Shown: positions 9,671 through 20,989 of the stretch, in pieces
Layout: each line of letters opens with the position of its first letter
Position numbering within the stretch: the stretch's first letter is position 1
Assembly (NCBI RefSeq): GCF_902713615.1
Contig: NC_052149.1
Coordinates: 126,421,256 to 126,485,255, forward strand
DNA length: 64,000 bases
From: Scyliorhinus canicula
Lineage: Eukaryota
Reading direction: 5' to 3'
Notes under the pieces: generated by a model
Told to the model about the DNA's origin: nothing
What the model saw: only the letters and a program-made list of their open reading frames with translations
Databases searched by the model: none
Translations under genes and position numbers: made by a program

Positions 9671-10709
9671 TCTCATTATCACCTGCTCAGATGCTAATAG
9701 TTAGCTGAATTTGCACAACATTACCTGAGATCACCATTCCAGACATGAATGATCAAGAGATACACAACCGTATCAGATCAAGAAAAGAGAAGCAAAAAGA
9801 GGACTATGATAAACAAACAAAACCTCTACCTGGATTAAAAGAAAGTGACTTTGTACACATTCAGAATCCTGATGGTGGATGGTAACAAAGAGCGAAAGTT
9901 CGAAGACAAGTTGCACCCAGAAAACACAGATATACACGGAACGCGCAAATATCAGAACCCACAAATATACACACAACACATAAATATACACAAAGACACA
10001 CAAATATACACAGAATTCAGAAATACTTACAACAGCATGGATGGAGAAGAATAAACAAACAAAATTACAAAAAAGCAAATATATGCAGAGCAGATAACTA
10101 TAGAGTTCAGAATATAAATATTTGCACATTGAATACTGAGAAATGCACACACACACATACAGACAACATAATGCATTAATATACACAACACTCCGATTGT
10201 TTCTGACAAGCCCTGAGTTTGGCATCAACATCTTAAATTTAAACAATATATTTTTGATTGCAAAATCCAAATGTTGAATGTAAGCTGTGAACAGCAGAGA
10301 CCCCGGCACTGATCCTTGGGGAACACCACTTCCCACCTTCTGCCACTCCGAAAATCCACCCTTTACTCCCACTATCTGCTTTCTGTCTTGAAGACAGCGA
10401 GCAATCCATTCCGCCACTTATCCCCGACTCCACATCCTCTGACTTATTCGTTAATCTATTCTGGGGAACCTTACCGAAGGTCGTTAGAAAACCCTAATAA
10501 ATTAGATCAACTGCACTCAGTGTCTGCTCTCTCTGTCACCTCCTCAAAATATTCAATCATGTTGGTCGGGTAAAATTTTCCCTTTTGAAATTCTATGCTG
10601 ACTGTTAATCTAAAATACAATCAAAAAACAAAAATATACAAACAGAATATTCAAATGTACACAGGATTCACTAATACACAACAATTAAATTCCTTCTCTT
10701 CTCTTCCAG

Positions 10710-11038
10710 GCAGAAACACGTCAGAACCCACGCTGACCCTGCTGCCCCCCTCCCTGGAGGAGGTCAAGACCAAGGGCACTGCCACCCTGGTGTGCCTTGC
10801 CAATCACTTCTATCCCGATGAGCTGGTGGTGGAGTGGAAGAAGGATGGTGCAGCCATTTCGGACGGGGTTCAGACCAGCAACTACCTGCGAGCTTCGGAC
10901 AACACCTACAGCGTCAGCAGCCTGCTGACCCTCTCTGGCTCTGCCTGGGAATCCAACGCCCGCTTCTCCTGTGCCCTCACCCACGTGAGCCTCTCCTCTG
11001 CCCTCAGCAAGAGCATCAGGAGATCAGAATGTGCGTAA
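10710..11038 (+). CDS. IGKC: Ig kappa C exon, cluster 1
   Basis: Polypyrimidine-CAG acceptor; RNTSEPTLTLLPPS...ATLVCLANHFYP...W...FSCALTH...RSECA-TAA; C1-set domain with terminal inter-chain Cys. Confidence 0.97.
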
Positions 11039-11187
11039 AGTGTTAGAGACAGTCCACAGAGGAGACACAACTTTAAACAGAACAGGGGTGAGCTGGGAGG
11101 GCAAAGGTCATTGTCAGCACTGAATTACAACTCTCTTCCTTTTCGGGACTGAGGCACTATTGAGGGTCAGGGGTTAAGGCATGTTTT

Positions 11188-11337
11188 GGGACAGTGTAGA
11201 GGGATCTTTAATCTGTATCTAACCCTGTGATGTACCTGTCCTGGGAGTGTTTGATGGGACAGTGTAGAGTGAGCTTAACTCTGTATCTAACCCTGTGCTG
11301 TACCTGTCCTGTGAGTGTTTGATGGTACAGTGTAGAC
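11188..11337 (+). repeat. 68-bp tandem repeat in the C1 3' UTR (about 2.2 copies)
   Basis: Units start at 11188, 11256, 11324 (gggacagtgtagag...gtgtttgat). Confidence 0.8.
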
Positions 11338-11530
11338 TCGTGAAGCCAAGTAAAACCTCTCTAAGATGCTGAAGACTGTCAACTTTACAAAAATAATGTG
11401 ACCCTCTAAAGTTTCTGCTTCAGGAAACCAGACCTCCTTCCTGCTCACCCTGCAGTTACAATTGAAGTTTTAGTCGCTGTTTAAAGGGACAGGATTCTCC
11501 TGTTATTGAGAAAATCTCCACAAGTGTTTT

Positions 11531-11536
11531 AATAAA
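11531..11536 (+). terminator. Poly(A) signal, cluster 1 (second AATAAA at 11626-11631)
   Basis: AATAAA about 500 bp after the stop; conserved in cluster 2. Confidence 0.7.
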
Positions 11537-11689
11537 CCTCCATTCTCCCTGTGAATTTCTCCAGCTTCCTCTGGCTGGGCTGTTTATTCAAGTCTTTTTT
11601 CTGACAATGTAAATCTGTAAAAGGTAATAAACATTAAGAATATTCAGTCTGTGTCTCGTGTGTGCTTTGGAAATGTCCCTCCTCCCCAT

Positions 11690-11773
11690 CAGCTGATTGG
11701 CTGCATTTCAGCAAGTGATTGTCATGATTGGCTGGTTGGCCTGTCAATCAATGACACATCAGCAGAAGATTGG
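11690..11773. promoter_or_regulatory. E-box / CCAAT / PBX motif cluster downstream of C1
   Basis: CAGCTG 11690; ATTGG at 11696, 11727, 11769; rc TGATTGACAG at 11741-11750; conserved at 52874-52957. Confidence 0.4.
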
Positions 11774-12170
11774 ATTGAAAGACAATTATCAATCATTTTA
11801 AAATGATCAGTTTTATCTGGAATCTCTGAGTTTACAAGATTCAAAACAGAAAAGAAACTGAAAGTTGCTGGGATTAAATCATCACAATCACAATTCTCCA
11901 ACCCATATTCCCCACCTCCCCCTTGACCTGACCATCTCACGTGGTCTCACTACTCCCATAGTTTCAATCACAGATAAGACCATCTCTGATCACTTCCTTG
12001 TATCACTCCCCAACCACATCCCCCTTTCACACCCCAACCCTACCCCTTTCTGTATCCATCCCTGGAAAAACCTATTCCCCAATTCACTTCCAACGGCACC
12101 TTCAAAATGCCAACTATCTGTCTCTGGCCCTCCGATCACCACAACATTTCTGCAGCGACTGATTTACTCA

Positions 12171-15100
12171 GGGAGCAATGTAACTGGGAATGAACAGGCT
12201 CCTGTTTTGGGAGTGTTTAGTGGGGTGTTTCCCGGAGCCTGCAGTGCTGAAAATGATCCCGTTATTAATGGGGACTCTGGGATATTTGGGCCTTGGTGAG
12301 GAAGGAGCCTTCGAGGCCGCACTGACATCCACTTCCTGTGAGCTGTGCCCGTCAGTGCAGGGAGAGATCAGGGGGTGATCTTTAAATGCTGCCCCCATCC
12401 CTCAACTCCCACCGCGGCCTCCGGATTCCCCAAATTACTGATGAGGGGGTCCTCAAGCCCCCTTTATCTCACTTGATAAGGGCAGGGAACCCCCGGGCCT
12501 GATCTCAGCCATGGGCAACCTGCCAGCTGGGCCTCAAGGCACTGCCAGTCTGTCACCGACATGTCCTGGGTTCAGCAGGTGATAAATAAGATGCATGACC
12601 CCCTCTGAGCACATGCAGATGTCAGGCCACTCTTTACAAACAGAAAGGGGTACCACTCGATGAACGTGGAGCTGGTGTGTGATCATGAGCTGCACATCAA
12701 GTACGCCTCCGCCCAACACTCGGGCAGTGTGCACGACGCCTTCTTCCTGGCACACTTGACGGTTACTGGCTTCATTGAGGCACCCCCCCCCCCCCCCCCC
12801 CCCCGGCTGAGGAGTTGGCTCCTGAGTGACCGCTGTGGTCATGGCTGATGATGCTTATCCGAAGGCCACAGACTGACGTGGGGACCCGCCAGGCCTCCTC
12901 CGACAAGAAGGATGCGAGGTAGGGCGAGGATGGGCAGGACAACACGTCCTGGGGGGCTGGACAACGCATGCGCCTGACCCTCTTATCACCTCCAGGTTCA
13001 CTGACTAGAGGGCCTAGGTATAAGCACGGACGTCCCATCCCACCAGCCTACCCTCCGGCCGCCACCCCCTCCCATGAAAACCCTCCCATGATTCTTACCT
13101 GCAGGCGGCAGGCCCTGGGTTGGTCCATGGGATGCAGGATGGTGACAACCCGCTCTGCGATGAGTTCTGGTGCTCCACATCGTTTGACAACATCTGACTC
13201 CTGCCCACGGTAGCATTTCCCATTGTCCACCTGAGTGATCCCTGCCTGCGAGTTGGCCATTCCATCACACGGTCCCATCAAACCCTTGGGGGGATGGAGA
13301 TGGGGACAGTGGGGGGGCACCAGGGTAGTATGTGCTGGCTGAACTGGGGACCCTACACCATGCCCACCCCCAACATCCACCCATCACCCCACCACTCCTG
13401 CGGCCAGCCCAGACTAGCCAATCCCTCACACCCTTCTGACAGAGCACCGGGACAGGTGTTTAATGTGAACAAATATGTACAGCTTTGTGCCCTCGCCTCT
13501 AACACTGTCCTGTGTGATCCCATGCCGACTTAACATGCCTAACTTTCTGGCCTTATGGGCCCGAACGCTACATCGAGGTAGATCCTCAGGTGGTACATCA
13601 GGAATTGAGGCGGCCTGCTTGATTCCCGCCATGCGACCTGGGTCTCTGTTGGCGGTCGTCTTCAGGAGCGACCGGGTCTGGATGGGCCCGTCTGCTGCCC
13701 ATGTGTCCCAGGTGGCGTGGTGTTGTCCAGTTCTGCCTACTGTCTATCAGATGCACCAGGAAGAGGAGAGGAGGTGTCCGAGGTGCTGCGGTGTCCTGGC
13801 ACCTCTCCTGCATGAGTCACCAGCCCCATCACCTCCTCCTCCCTCGGGGTGTCCGATGGCCCCCGGGCTACTCCATGGGACAGGGGTGTGAAGGGAGCTA
13901 ACCCGTGAGGCTCCCCGTCACTTGGCACTGCCTGCTGATACCCTGAGGCATGACCCGCTGTGACTGGGCCATGCTCTGGAGAGCCGTTGCAATGCCCAGG
14001 TGACCCTGTGAGAGGGCAGCCCTGTCCTGGGCCTTGGCCACTGCCCGCACAGAGTGCCCAGACCTTGGACATCCTGACCAATGACCAAAACCTTCGCCCC
14101 CAAGGCATCCAGCGTGAATGCCACCCATGCGGTGTTGCCCTGGCAGGCACACATGGTCGGCACCACCTCCTGCTTCTGTATGCGGTTCGACTCCTCCGCC
14201 TGCACCTGTAGGTGCTGGATGCTCACCGACAACCCCTCATGTAGTCCCTGGCTCTGTGACTGCATCTCCACTATCGATGGGACTGCCCATTCCAGAAGCC
14301 CAAAACCCTTCTGGACGGCCGCTGGCCCTGGGGTCAGTTCGCCCTCTGACCATCCGCCCCCTCGTGGGTTCCTACCTCCACCTGATGTACTGCAGTATGT
14401 GTGTGGTGCGCACCAGATAGTGTCCCAGGAGCCTCTTCACTAAAGTGCCCAACCCAGGTGAGTGTCTCTGGGATGGTGGAGGGTGTTGGAGACGCTGTGA
14501 TGGGAAGTCGGTGTCGACACCGGACTAGTGCTCCGGGGTGTCTGAGGCTGCGGGTCGAGGGCTCCTGTCCATGTCCATGTCCTCCTCCTCCTCGCTGCTC
14601 TCCTCCTGGGGTTATAATTGTTATTGGGGTCGGGGGCGTGGGGTACCAGAAGGGCCCGCCTCATCGCCAGGTGATCCTGCAAGGCACAAGACAAGATGCA
14701 TGATTTGATCGCGGGTTTAGGGTGGCAGGTGGTGGAGGGGGCAGCGTGGGGGGGTGTGGGGGTGGTGGTGGGGGGGTGTGGGGATGGTGGAAGGGTGGTG
14801 GAGGGAGTGGAGTGGGGTGGTGGAGGGGGCAGTGTAGGGGGGTGTGGGGATGGTGGAAGGGTGGTGGGGGGTGTGGGGGTGGGGTGGTGGAGGGGGCAGT
14901 GTAGGGGGGTGTGGGGATGGTGGAAGGGTGGTGGGGGGTGTGGGGGTGGGGTGGTGGAGGGGGCAGTGTAGGGGGGTGAGGGGATGGTGGAAGGGTGGTG
15001 GGGGGTGTGGGGTGGGGTGGGGTGGTGGAGGGGGCAGTGTAGGGGGGTGTGGGGATGGTGGAAGGGTGGTGGGGGGTGTGGGGTGGGGTGGGGTGGTGGA

Positions 15101-17600
15101 GGGGGCAGTGTAGGGGGGTGTGGGGATGGTGGAAGGGTGGTGGGGGGTGTGGGGTGGGGTGGTGGAGGGGGCAGTGTAGGGGGGTGTGGGGATGGTGGAT
15201 GGGGGTGGGGGGTGTGGCGGTGGTGGTGGTGGAGGGGGCAGTTTGGAGGGGTGTGGGGATGGTGGAGGGGTGGTGGGGTTGTGGGGGTGGGGGTGGTGGA
15301 GGGGGCAGTGTGGGGGGGTGAGGGGATGGTGGATGGGTGGTGGGGGGTGTGGGCTGGTGGTGGTGGAGGCGGCAGTGTAGGGGGCTGTGGGGCTGGTGGA
15401 AGGGTGGTGGGGGTTGTGGGGGTGGGGGTGGTGGAGGGGGCAGTGTGGGGGGGTGAGGGGATTGTGGAAGGGTGGTGGGGGGTGTGGGGTGGGGTGGTGG
15501 AGGGGGCAGTGTAGGGGACTGTGGGGATGGTGGAAGGGTGGTGGGGGGTGTGGACTGGTGGTGGTGGAGGCGGCAGTGTAGGGGGCTGTGGGGATGGTGG
15601 AAGGGTGGTGGAGGGTGTGGGGGTGGGGGTGGTGACACACTTGCCGTGGGGAACCACAACCCAGCGGGGTCTCACTTGCTCGCCCAATGCCAACCTTCGC
15701 CTCAGTGGCTGCCCTCTGCAGGGCTACTAACCATGTCCAATGCCCGCTGTAGACCCCCTCTATTATTTTCCCTCATCCAGCGGATGTGGGCCTCCTTCTC
15801 CTGGGGGGGAGGAGACAGAAACACAGTGTTAGATAGTCGGATGCATGTAGCACAGGGGATGGGTAGCTGGTGACCTTCAGTGGCCAAGGCACCCACCATG
15901 GCGGCTGCCATAGGTGTTTACAGGTGGTGACGGTGCGGTTATTCAGTCGCCATCCAGGTAGGGGAGGGGTGGGGTTATGGGTGTGTGGGTCGGGGGTGAG
16001 GACCAGGAGCACCGTGCTGTCAACTCACCCTGGGCGCCCTGAGGAGGTCGTGCAGTTTCTTGTGGCACTGCTGGCCGGTGCTGGCAGCGTTGCCCACGGC
16101 GGCGTTCACAACCTCTCCCACCTGGGCCCAGGCCCGTGCACGGTGGTGGATGCTAACCTCCTCCCCACCCCGAGGTACAGGGAAGCCCGACCCTCCTCCA
16201 CTGCACCCAGTTGTGTCTCCAGTTACAGGTCTGTGAATCGCGGTGCCCCTCTCCTTGTTGCCATCTTGTTGTCTGGAATGGGTGTGTGTAGAGTGCTTTT
16301 CTGCAGCTGCAGCTTGTCAACCTCTTGAGTGTCAATCCCGACTCCGGCGAATACCACACCGGGTTTCATTGGAATCGCTCGTGTTCCGTGTGGTGCCGGT
16401 GCTAGCTCATTAATGGTTGATGAATTGCTCTGGAAATAGCGCCAATTTTCCTGTCATAGAACACCACTGATTCAGTCAACACTTGGTGGTGTTATTCTCC
16501 GGCCTCGCTGCGCTCTCGCTCAAGCAAAACAAGGCCGGTGAATAGCGGGAGAAGTTGAAAATGAGATCCGCGCCAAGTGCCAAACAGTTTGCGATGTAAC
16601 CAGCCGCTCCCATAGGCCAAATCAGGATCTCGCCGTAGCGCGGCAAGAAACCAATTATCACCACGTAAGCCCCATTTCCATACAATTAACTGGAGGCACC
16701 GCATATTCAATGGCCTCCTGTGATTCAGCGGCCTCCCCAGTAAGTGACCACGCTGGCGCTAATTAGTGCTCCTTTTGAAAAACGTGAACCTGGTGGAAGG
16801 GGTTCTGTGGGAGAGCCGAGAAGGTGAGTAGCCATCTTTACTCACAAAGAGCCCGGGGGCACTGGGCTTGCCACCCCAGTGCTCGAAGACGGGTGGGGAT
16901 CCTTGGCAGGGGGTGCGTGACACTCTGCAGGGATGGGCTACCATGGGAGGGTGGGGGGATGCGCTGGGGGGGCAACCGGGGGTCAACCACGTTCAGCACC
17001 ATCATGCCAACCTGTGGATCATGTGCACCCATTCCAGGGACAGCCCTTGCCCCTGCCCATCTGGCCCAATGACCACCCACAGCCCCCACCGACTGCCAAG
17101 GCCTCTAGCCATGCGGCTGAGGTTATTGCTAATAGGAAATTGGCAATCGTGGTTAAGTGAGCACTTCACACAACCCAAGTGGATTCCCGTGGGTGGGTGG
17201 GCCATGTAGCATGTGGGAGTCATTGCCCAGAATCCCAATCACACCTTGATGCCTGGACAATGAGCTTGAACAGTGTGGCAGGCAACACCACACACACAAC
17301 AGCCAACATCTGACCACTGACTGGATGGGACACTGCACTGGGGACATGCCCACGGCCAGAGGGTGGGAGAGCAGCATGGGGGGGGTTGGGAGGGGGTGCT
17401 GTTGGATGCCGGGATAGATGGGCCAAGGGTTCAGAGGTCGGCCCACATTGCAGAAGAAAGTGACAGAGGCATCATACCGGTTGTGCACAAGGGTGTTTAT
17501 TGTGTGTAACAATTCAACACTCGCCCAATGGCAACGCCTCCTCCCCCCCACCCCTTTCACCCCTTACCTAACCGCTCCCCACCCCATCCCCTCCCCTGGT
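12171..17600. mobile_element. Decayed PIF/Harbinger transposon complex: transposase remnant (+, ~12560-12960) and Myb/SANT-like gene remnant (-, ~16030-16300)
   Basis: NRKGYHSMNVELVCDH...SGSVHDAF Harbinger DDE motifs; convergent Myb-like APRFTD.. remnant; outer boundaries approximate. Confidence 0.75.
14716..15633 (+). repeat. G-rich minisatellite, G4-prone, inside the Harbinger remnant
   Basis: Repeated ggggtgtggggatggtggaagggtggtg...ggagggggcagtgtagg units, nearly C-free on the + strand. Confidence 0.9.
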
Positions 17601-17619
17601 ACCGTCAGTGATCCTCTGA

Positions 17620-18400
17620 CTAGCTCGTGGCACTGGTAAAAATCCTGAGATTACTACCTTTGAGGTCCTACTTTTTAGTTTAACTCCTAACTCCCTGAAT
17701 TCAGCTTGTAGGATCTCATCCTGTTTTTTACCCATATCGTTGGTGCCTATGTGCACCATGACAGCTGGCTGTTCATCGTCCCCCCCAGAATATCCTGTAC
17801 CCGCTCCGAGGCATCCTTGACCCTTGCACCAGGGAGGCAACATACTATCCTGGAGTCTCGATTGAGTCCGCAGAACCACCTGTCTATTCCCCTTACAATT
17901 GAGTCCCCTATCACTATAGCCCTGCCATTCTTCTTCCTGCCCTGCTGCGCAGCAGAGCCAGCCATGGTGCCATGAACCTGGCTGCTGCCTTCCCCTGGTG
18001 AGCCATCTCCCTCAACAGTATCCAAGGCTGTTTACAGCGAGATGACCGCAGGGGACACCTGCACTGCCTTCCTACTCTTGCTCTATCCTTTGGTCACCCA
18101 TTTTCTATCTCCCTCAGTAATTTTTACCTGCGGTGTGATCAACTCAGCGAATGTGCTATCCACGACCTCCTCAGCATCGTGGCTGCTCCAAAGTGAGTCC
18201 ATCCGCAGCTCCAGAGCCGTCATGCGGCCTAACAGGAGCTGCAACTGGACGTACTTCTTGCACGTGAAGGAGCCAGGGACAGTGGACGTGTCCCTTTGCT
18301 CCCACATCACACACGAGGAGCATAACACGGGTCTGGGATCTCCTGCCATGTCTTAAACCTTAGGTTAACTTCAACAACTACAATTTCAAAAAACAAAAGA
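17620..18400 (-). mobile_element. CR1 LINE 5' part: ORF1 with Zn-finger and SGNH esterase, decayed
   Basis: CSSCVMWE...VIGDSIVRG...CCLPGARVKD...VHIGTND motifs typical of CR1 ORF1. Confidence 0.85.
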
Positions 18401-18764
18401 CAAAAAATAGACAAATGAAAAGAAAAACTACTTACCAGTCAGTTACCAGGGATAAAAAGCACCTCCTCCCCACCCAGCTTCGAATTCCCAAACTCACACT
18501 TCGCTGTCTCACTCTGGCTGTGTCTTCTCTGGCTCACTGGGAGAACTCACTGGGAGTGAGTTACAAGTTGCTCTTTTAAATTGGCCTGAGATGACTAATC
18601 TGCTAATGTTGGATCAAAGTAGCCTTTAAGTGACTGACGGTTAACTGCCAATCAGTTATGTGAGTGGGTGGGGCAGCCCTTCTAACCTTCACTGCACAAT
18701 TCTAGATTAAATTAAATTCCTGAAATTTAAAAAGGAACAGTCTTCCCGATTCAATTCAATTCCC

Positions 18765-19230
18765 ACCTCGATTCAAATTCTGAGATCACCATTCCTGAAA
18801 TCAGTAACAAAGAAAGACGTGAACGTGTCACAGCTACGAAAAGGAAGCAAAAAGAGGGCAGTGATAAACAACCCAAACCTCTGACCGAACTTCGAAAAGG
18901 TGACTTTGTACGAATGTAGTACCCAGAAGGAGGATGGCAACACGTTGCGAAAGTTCTGAAACAAGTGGCACCAAAGGTCATACTTAGTCAAAACAGAGCG
19001 GGGATCGCTGTTCAGGAGAGATAGACTGCTGCGTGTCAGGCATAAAGTCCAACCTCAGCTTTCGAATGTTGTACCAAGTGATAACATATTCAAGGACATT
19101 GCCTTTCCAGATCCTTACTGAGCACAGACCCAGCACGAAGATGTGGCACAGCAATCAAATATCTTGACCATCCCGTTGAGACGATCGACGACAAGAAGAC
19201 CGCCAGAGAGACTTAATTTGTGATGACTGT
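18765..19230 (+). mobile_element. Gypsy integrase 3' fragment related to the 6618 element
   Basis: Similar to 9727-9920 (ctgagatcaccattcc...gtgactttgtac). Confidence 0.7.
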
Positions 19231-19399
19231 ATAATGAAACATTTGCTCATCAAAATGATGTAACAGTTATTTACGAATTATTGTACAGGATTATAGTGAG
19301 TTTATGATAGTTACTAGCTAATAGTCAGAATTACACCTGCAAGGTAATGGTCAAAGAAAATATCACAACCAATGTTAGAGAAATGTTCTTTTGCAGAGA

Positions 19400-19960
19400 A
19401 GCCTTAAAACACCAGGTTAAAGTCCCACAGGTTTACATAGAACATAGAACAGTAGAACAGTACAGCACAGAACAGGCCCTTTGGCCCTCAATGTTGTGCC
19501 GAGCCATGATCACCCTATACCCGTAACCCAACAACCCCCACCTCCTTAACCTTACTTTTATTAGGACACTACGGGCAATTTAGCATGGCCAATCCACCTA
19601 ACCCGCACATCTTTGGACTGTGGGAGGAAACCGGAGCACCCGGAGGAAACCCACGCACACAGGGGGAGGACGTGCAGACTCCACACAGACAGTGACCCAG
19701 CCGGGAATCGAACCTGGGACCCTGGCGCTGTGAAGCATTTATGCTAACCACCATGCTACCCTGCTGCGAATCACTAGCTTTCGGAGCACAGCTCCTTCCT
19801 CAGGTGAATGAAGAGGTGGGTTCCAGAGACATATATATAGACAAAGTCGATGATGCAGGACGATACTTTGAATGCGAGTATTTGCAGGTAATTAAGTCTT
19901 TACAGGTCCAGACAGAGCATCTGGAGAGAGGGATAATCACAGGTTAAAGTGGTGTGAATT
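19400..19960. mobile_element. Penelope-like terminal fragment interrupted by an HE1-type SINE (19437-19766, minus)
   Basis: aacaccaggttaaagtc...gctttcggagcacagctccttcctcagg flanks; the HE1 copy is near-identical to 1312-1657. Confidence 0.55.
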
Positions 19961-19974
19961 GTCTTCATAGCAAG

Positions 19975-20900
19975 AGAGTTTCAGTATAGGAGGTGTTTTA
20001 CTGCAATTGTACAGTGCATTGGTGAGGCCATATCTGAAGTAATGTGTGCAGTTTTAATGTCCTTAACTGAGGAAGGATGTTCTTGCTATGAGGGGAGTGC
20101 AGCAAAGGTTTACCAGGCTGATTAGTGGGATGGCGGGACTGTCATCTGAGAAGTGACTAAATCTGTTAGGATTATATTCATTGGAGTTCAGAAGATTGAT
20201 AGGGGACTGTGATGAGATGCATAAACTATCATATATACAATGATGTACACGACCACTGCCAGCAGGTGGCAGTGTAAATCTACCATGTGACTCTGTACCT
20301 CGGGGAGTTGGATGTCAGTCATGCTGGTGGATAGTCATACTTGCAGCAGCTCTTGGATAATTTATCAGGATTAGTAGTTTGTAATATATTTCTTATCGTT
20401 ACCTTTACCATGCATTTGTTTAATAATAAATTACTTTGACTAGTCAAGAACCAGATGTTCTAATGTGCATCATTCCAATTGGTCATTGCACAAGAACATG
20501 AAGTGATCTCATAGAAACGTATCAAATTCTAACAGGATTAGACACGGCAGATTCAGAAAGAATGTTCCTGATGGTGGGGGAGTCCAGAACTAGGGGGTCA
20601 TAGCTTGAGGATAAGGGGTAAACCTTTTAGGACTGAGGTGAGGAGAAATTTCTTCACCCAGAGAGTGGTGGATCTGTGGAATTCGCTACCACAGAAAGTC
20701 GTGGAGGCCAAAGGGTTGTGTAATTTCCTGAAGGAATTAGATACAGCTCTTGGGGCTAAAGGTATCTTAGGGATATGGGGGGAAGGTGGGATCAGGGTTT
20801 GAACTTGATGATCAGCCATGATCATAATGAATGGCGGAGCAGGTTCAAAGGGTCAAATGGCCCCGTCCCGCTTCTGTTTTCTATGTTTCTATGTAAAGGG
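19975..20900 (+). mobile_element. CR1 LINE 3' fragment with an LTR-like insertion at ~20208-20500
   Basis: CR1 tail LRIRGKPFRTEVRRNFFTQRVVDLWNSLP; insertion starts TGTG, has a central AATAAA and interrupts the CR1 sequence. Confidence 0.7.
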
Positions 20901-20989
20901 CAACTATGAACAGCTGCCCAAGTGGTGTGGGGGAAGGGGGACGAATGGTCAGGGAAAAACAGATCAATAGAAGAAATGAAAATCAATTG

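Larger units (their letters stand above)
6618..9920 (+). mobile_element. Gypsy LTR retrotransposon, internally deleted and 3'-truncated, in the J1-C1 intron
   Basis: TG..CA LTR 6618-6996; PBS-like TGGTACCAGGAG; gag Zn-knuckle CTLCGHAH..CSNC; protease FQINTGA; DTLSRA end of RNase H; integrase HEGHQGIEKC, WPGINKDV, VGMDLF, DYYSNYPEV; frameshifts and stops. Confidence 0.85.

Noticed and set aside
14440-15693. Long Pro/His/Gly-rich ORFs (also 56115-58081)
   Set aside because: Products of stop-poor G-rich minisatellites, open in several frames
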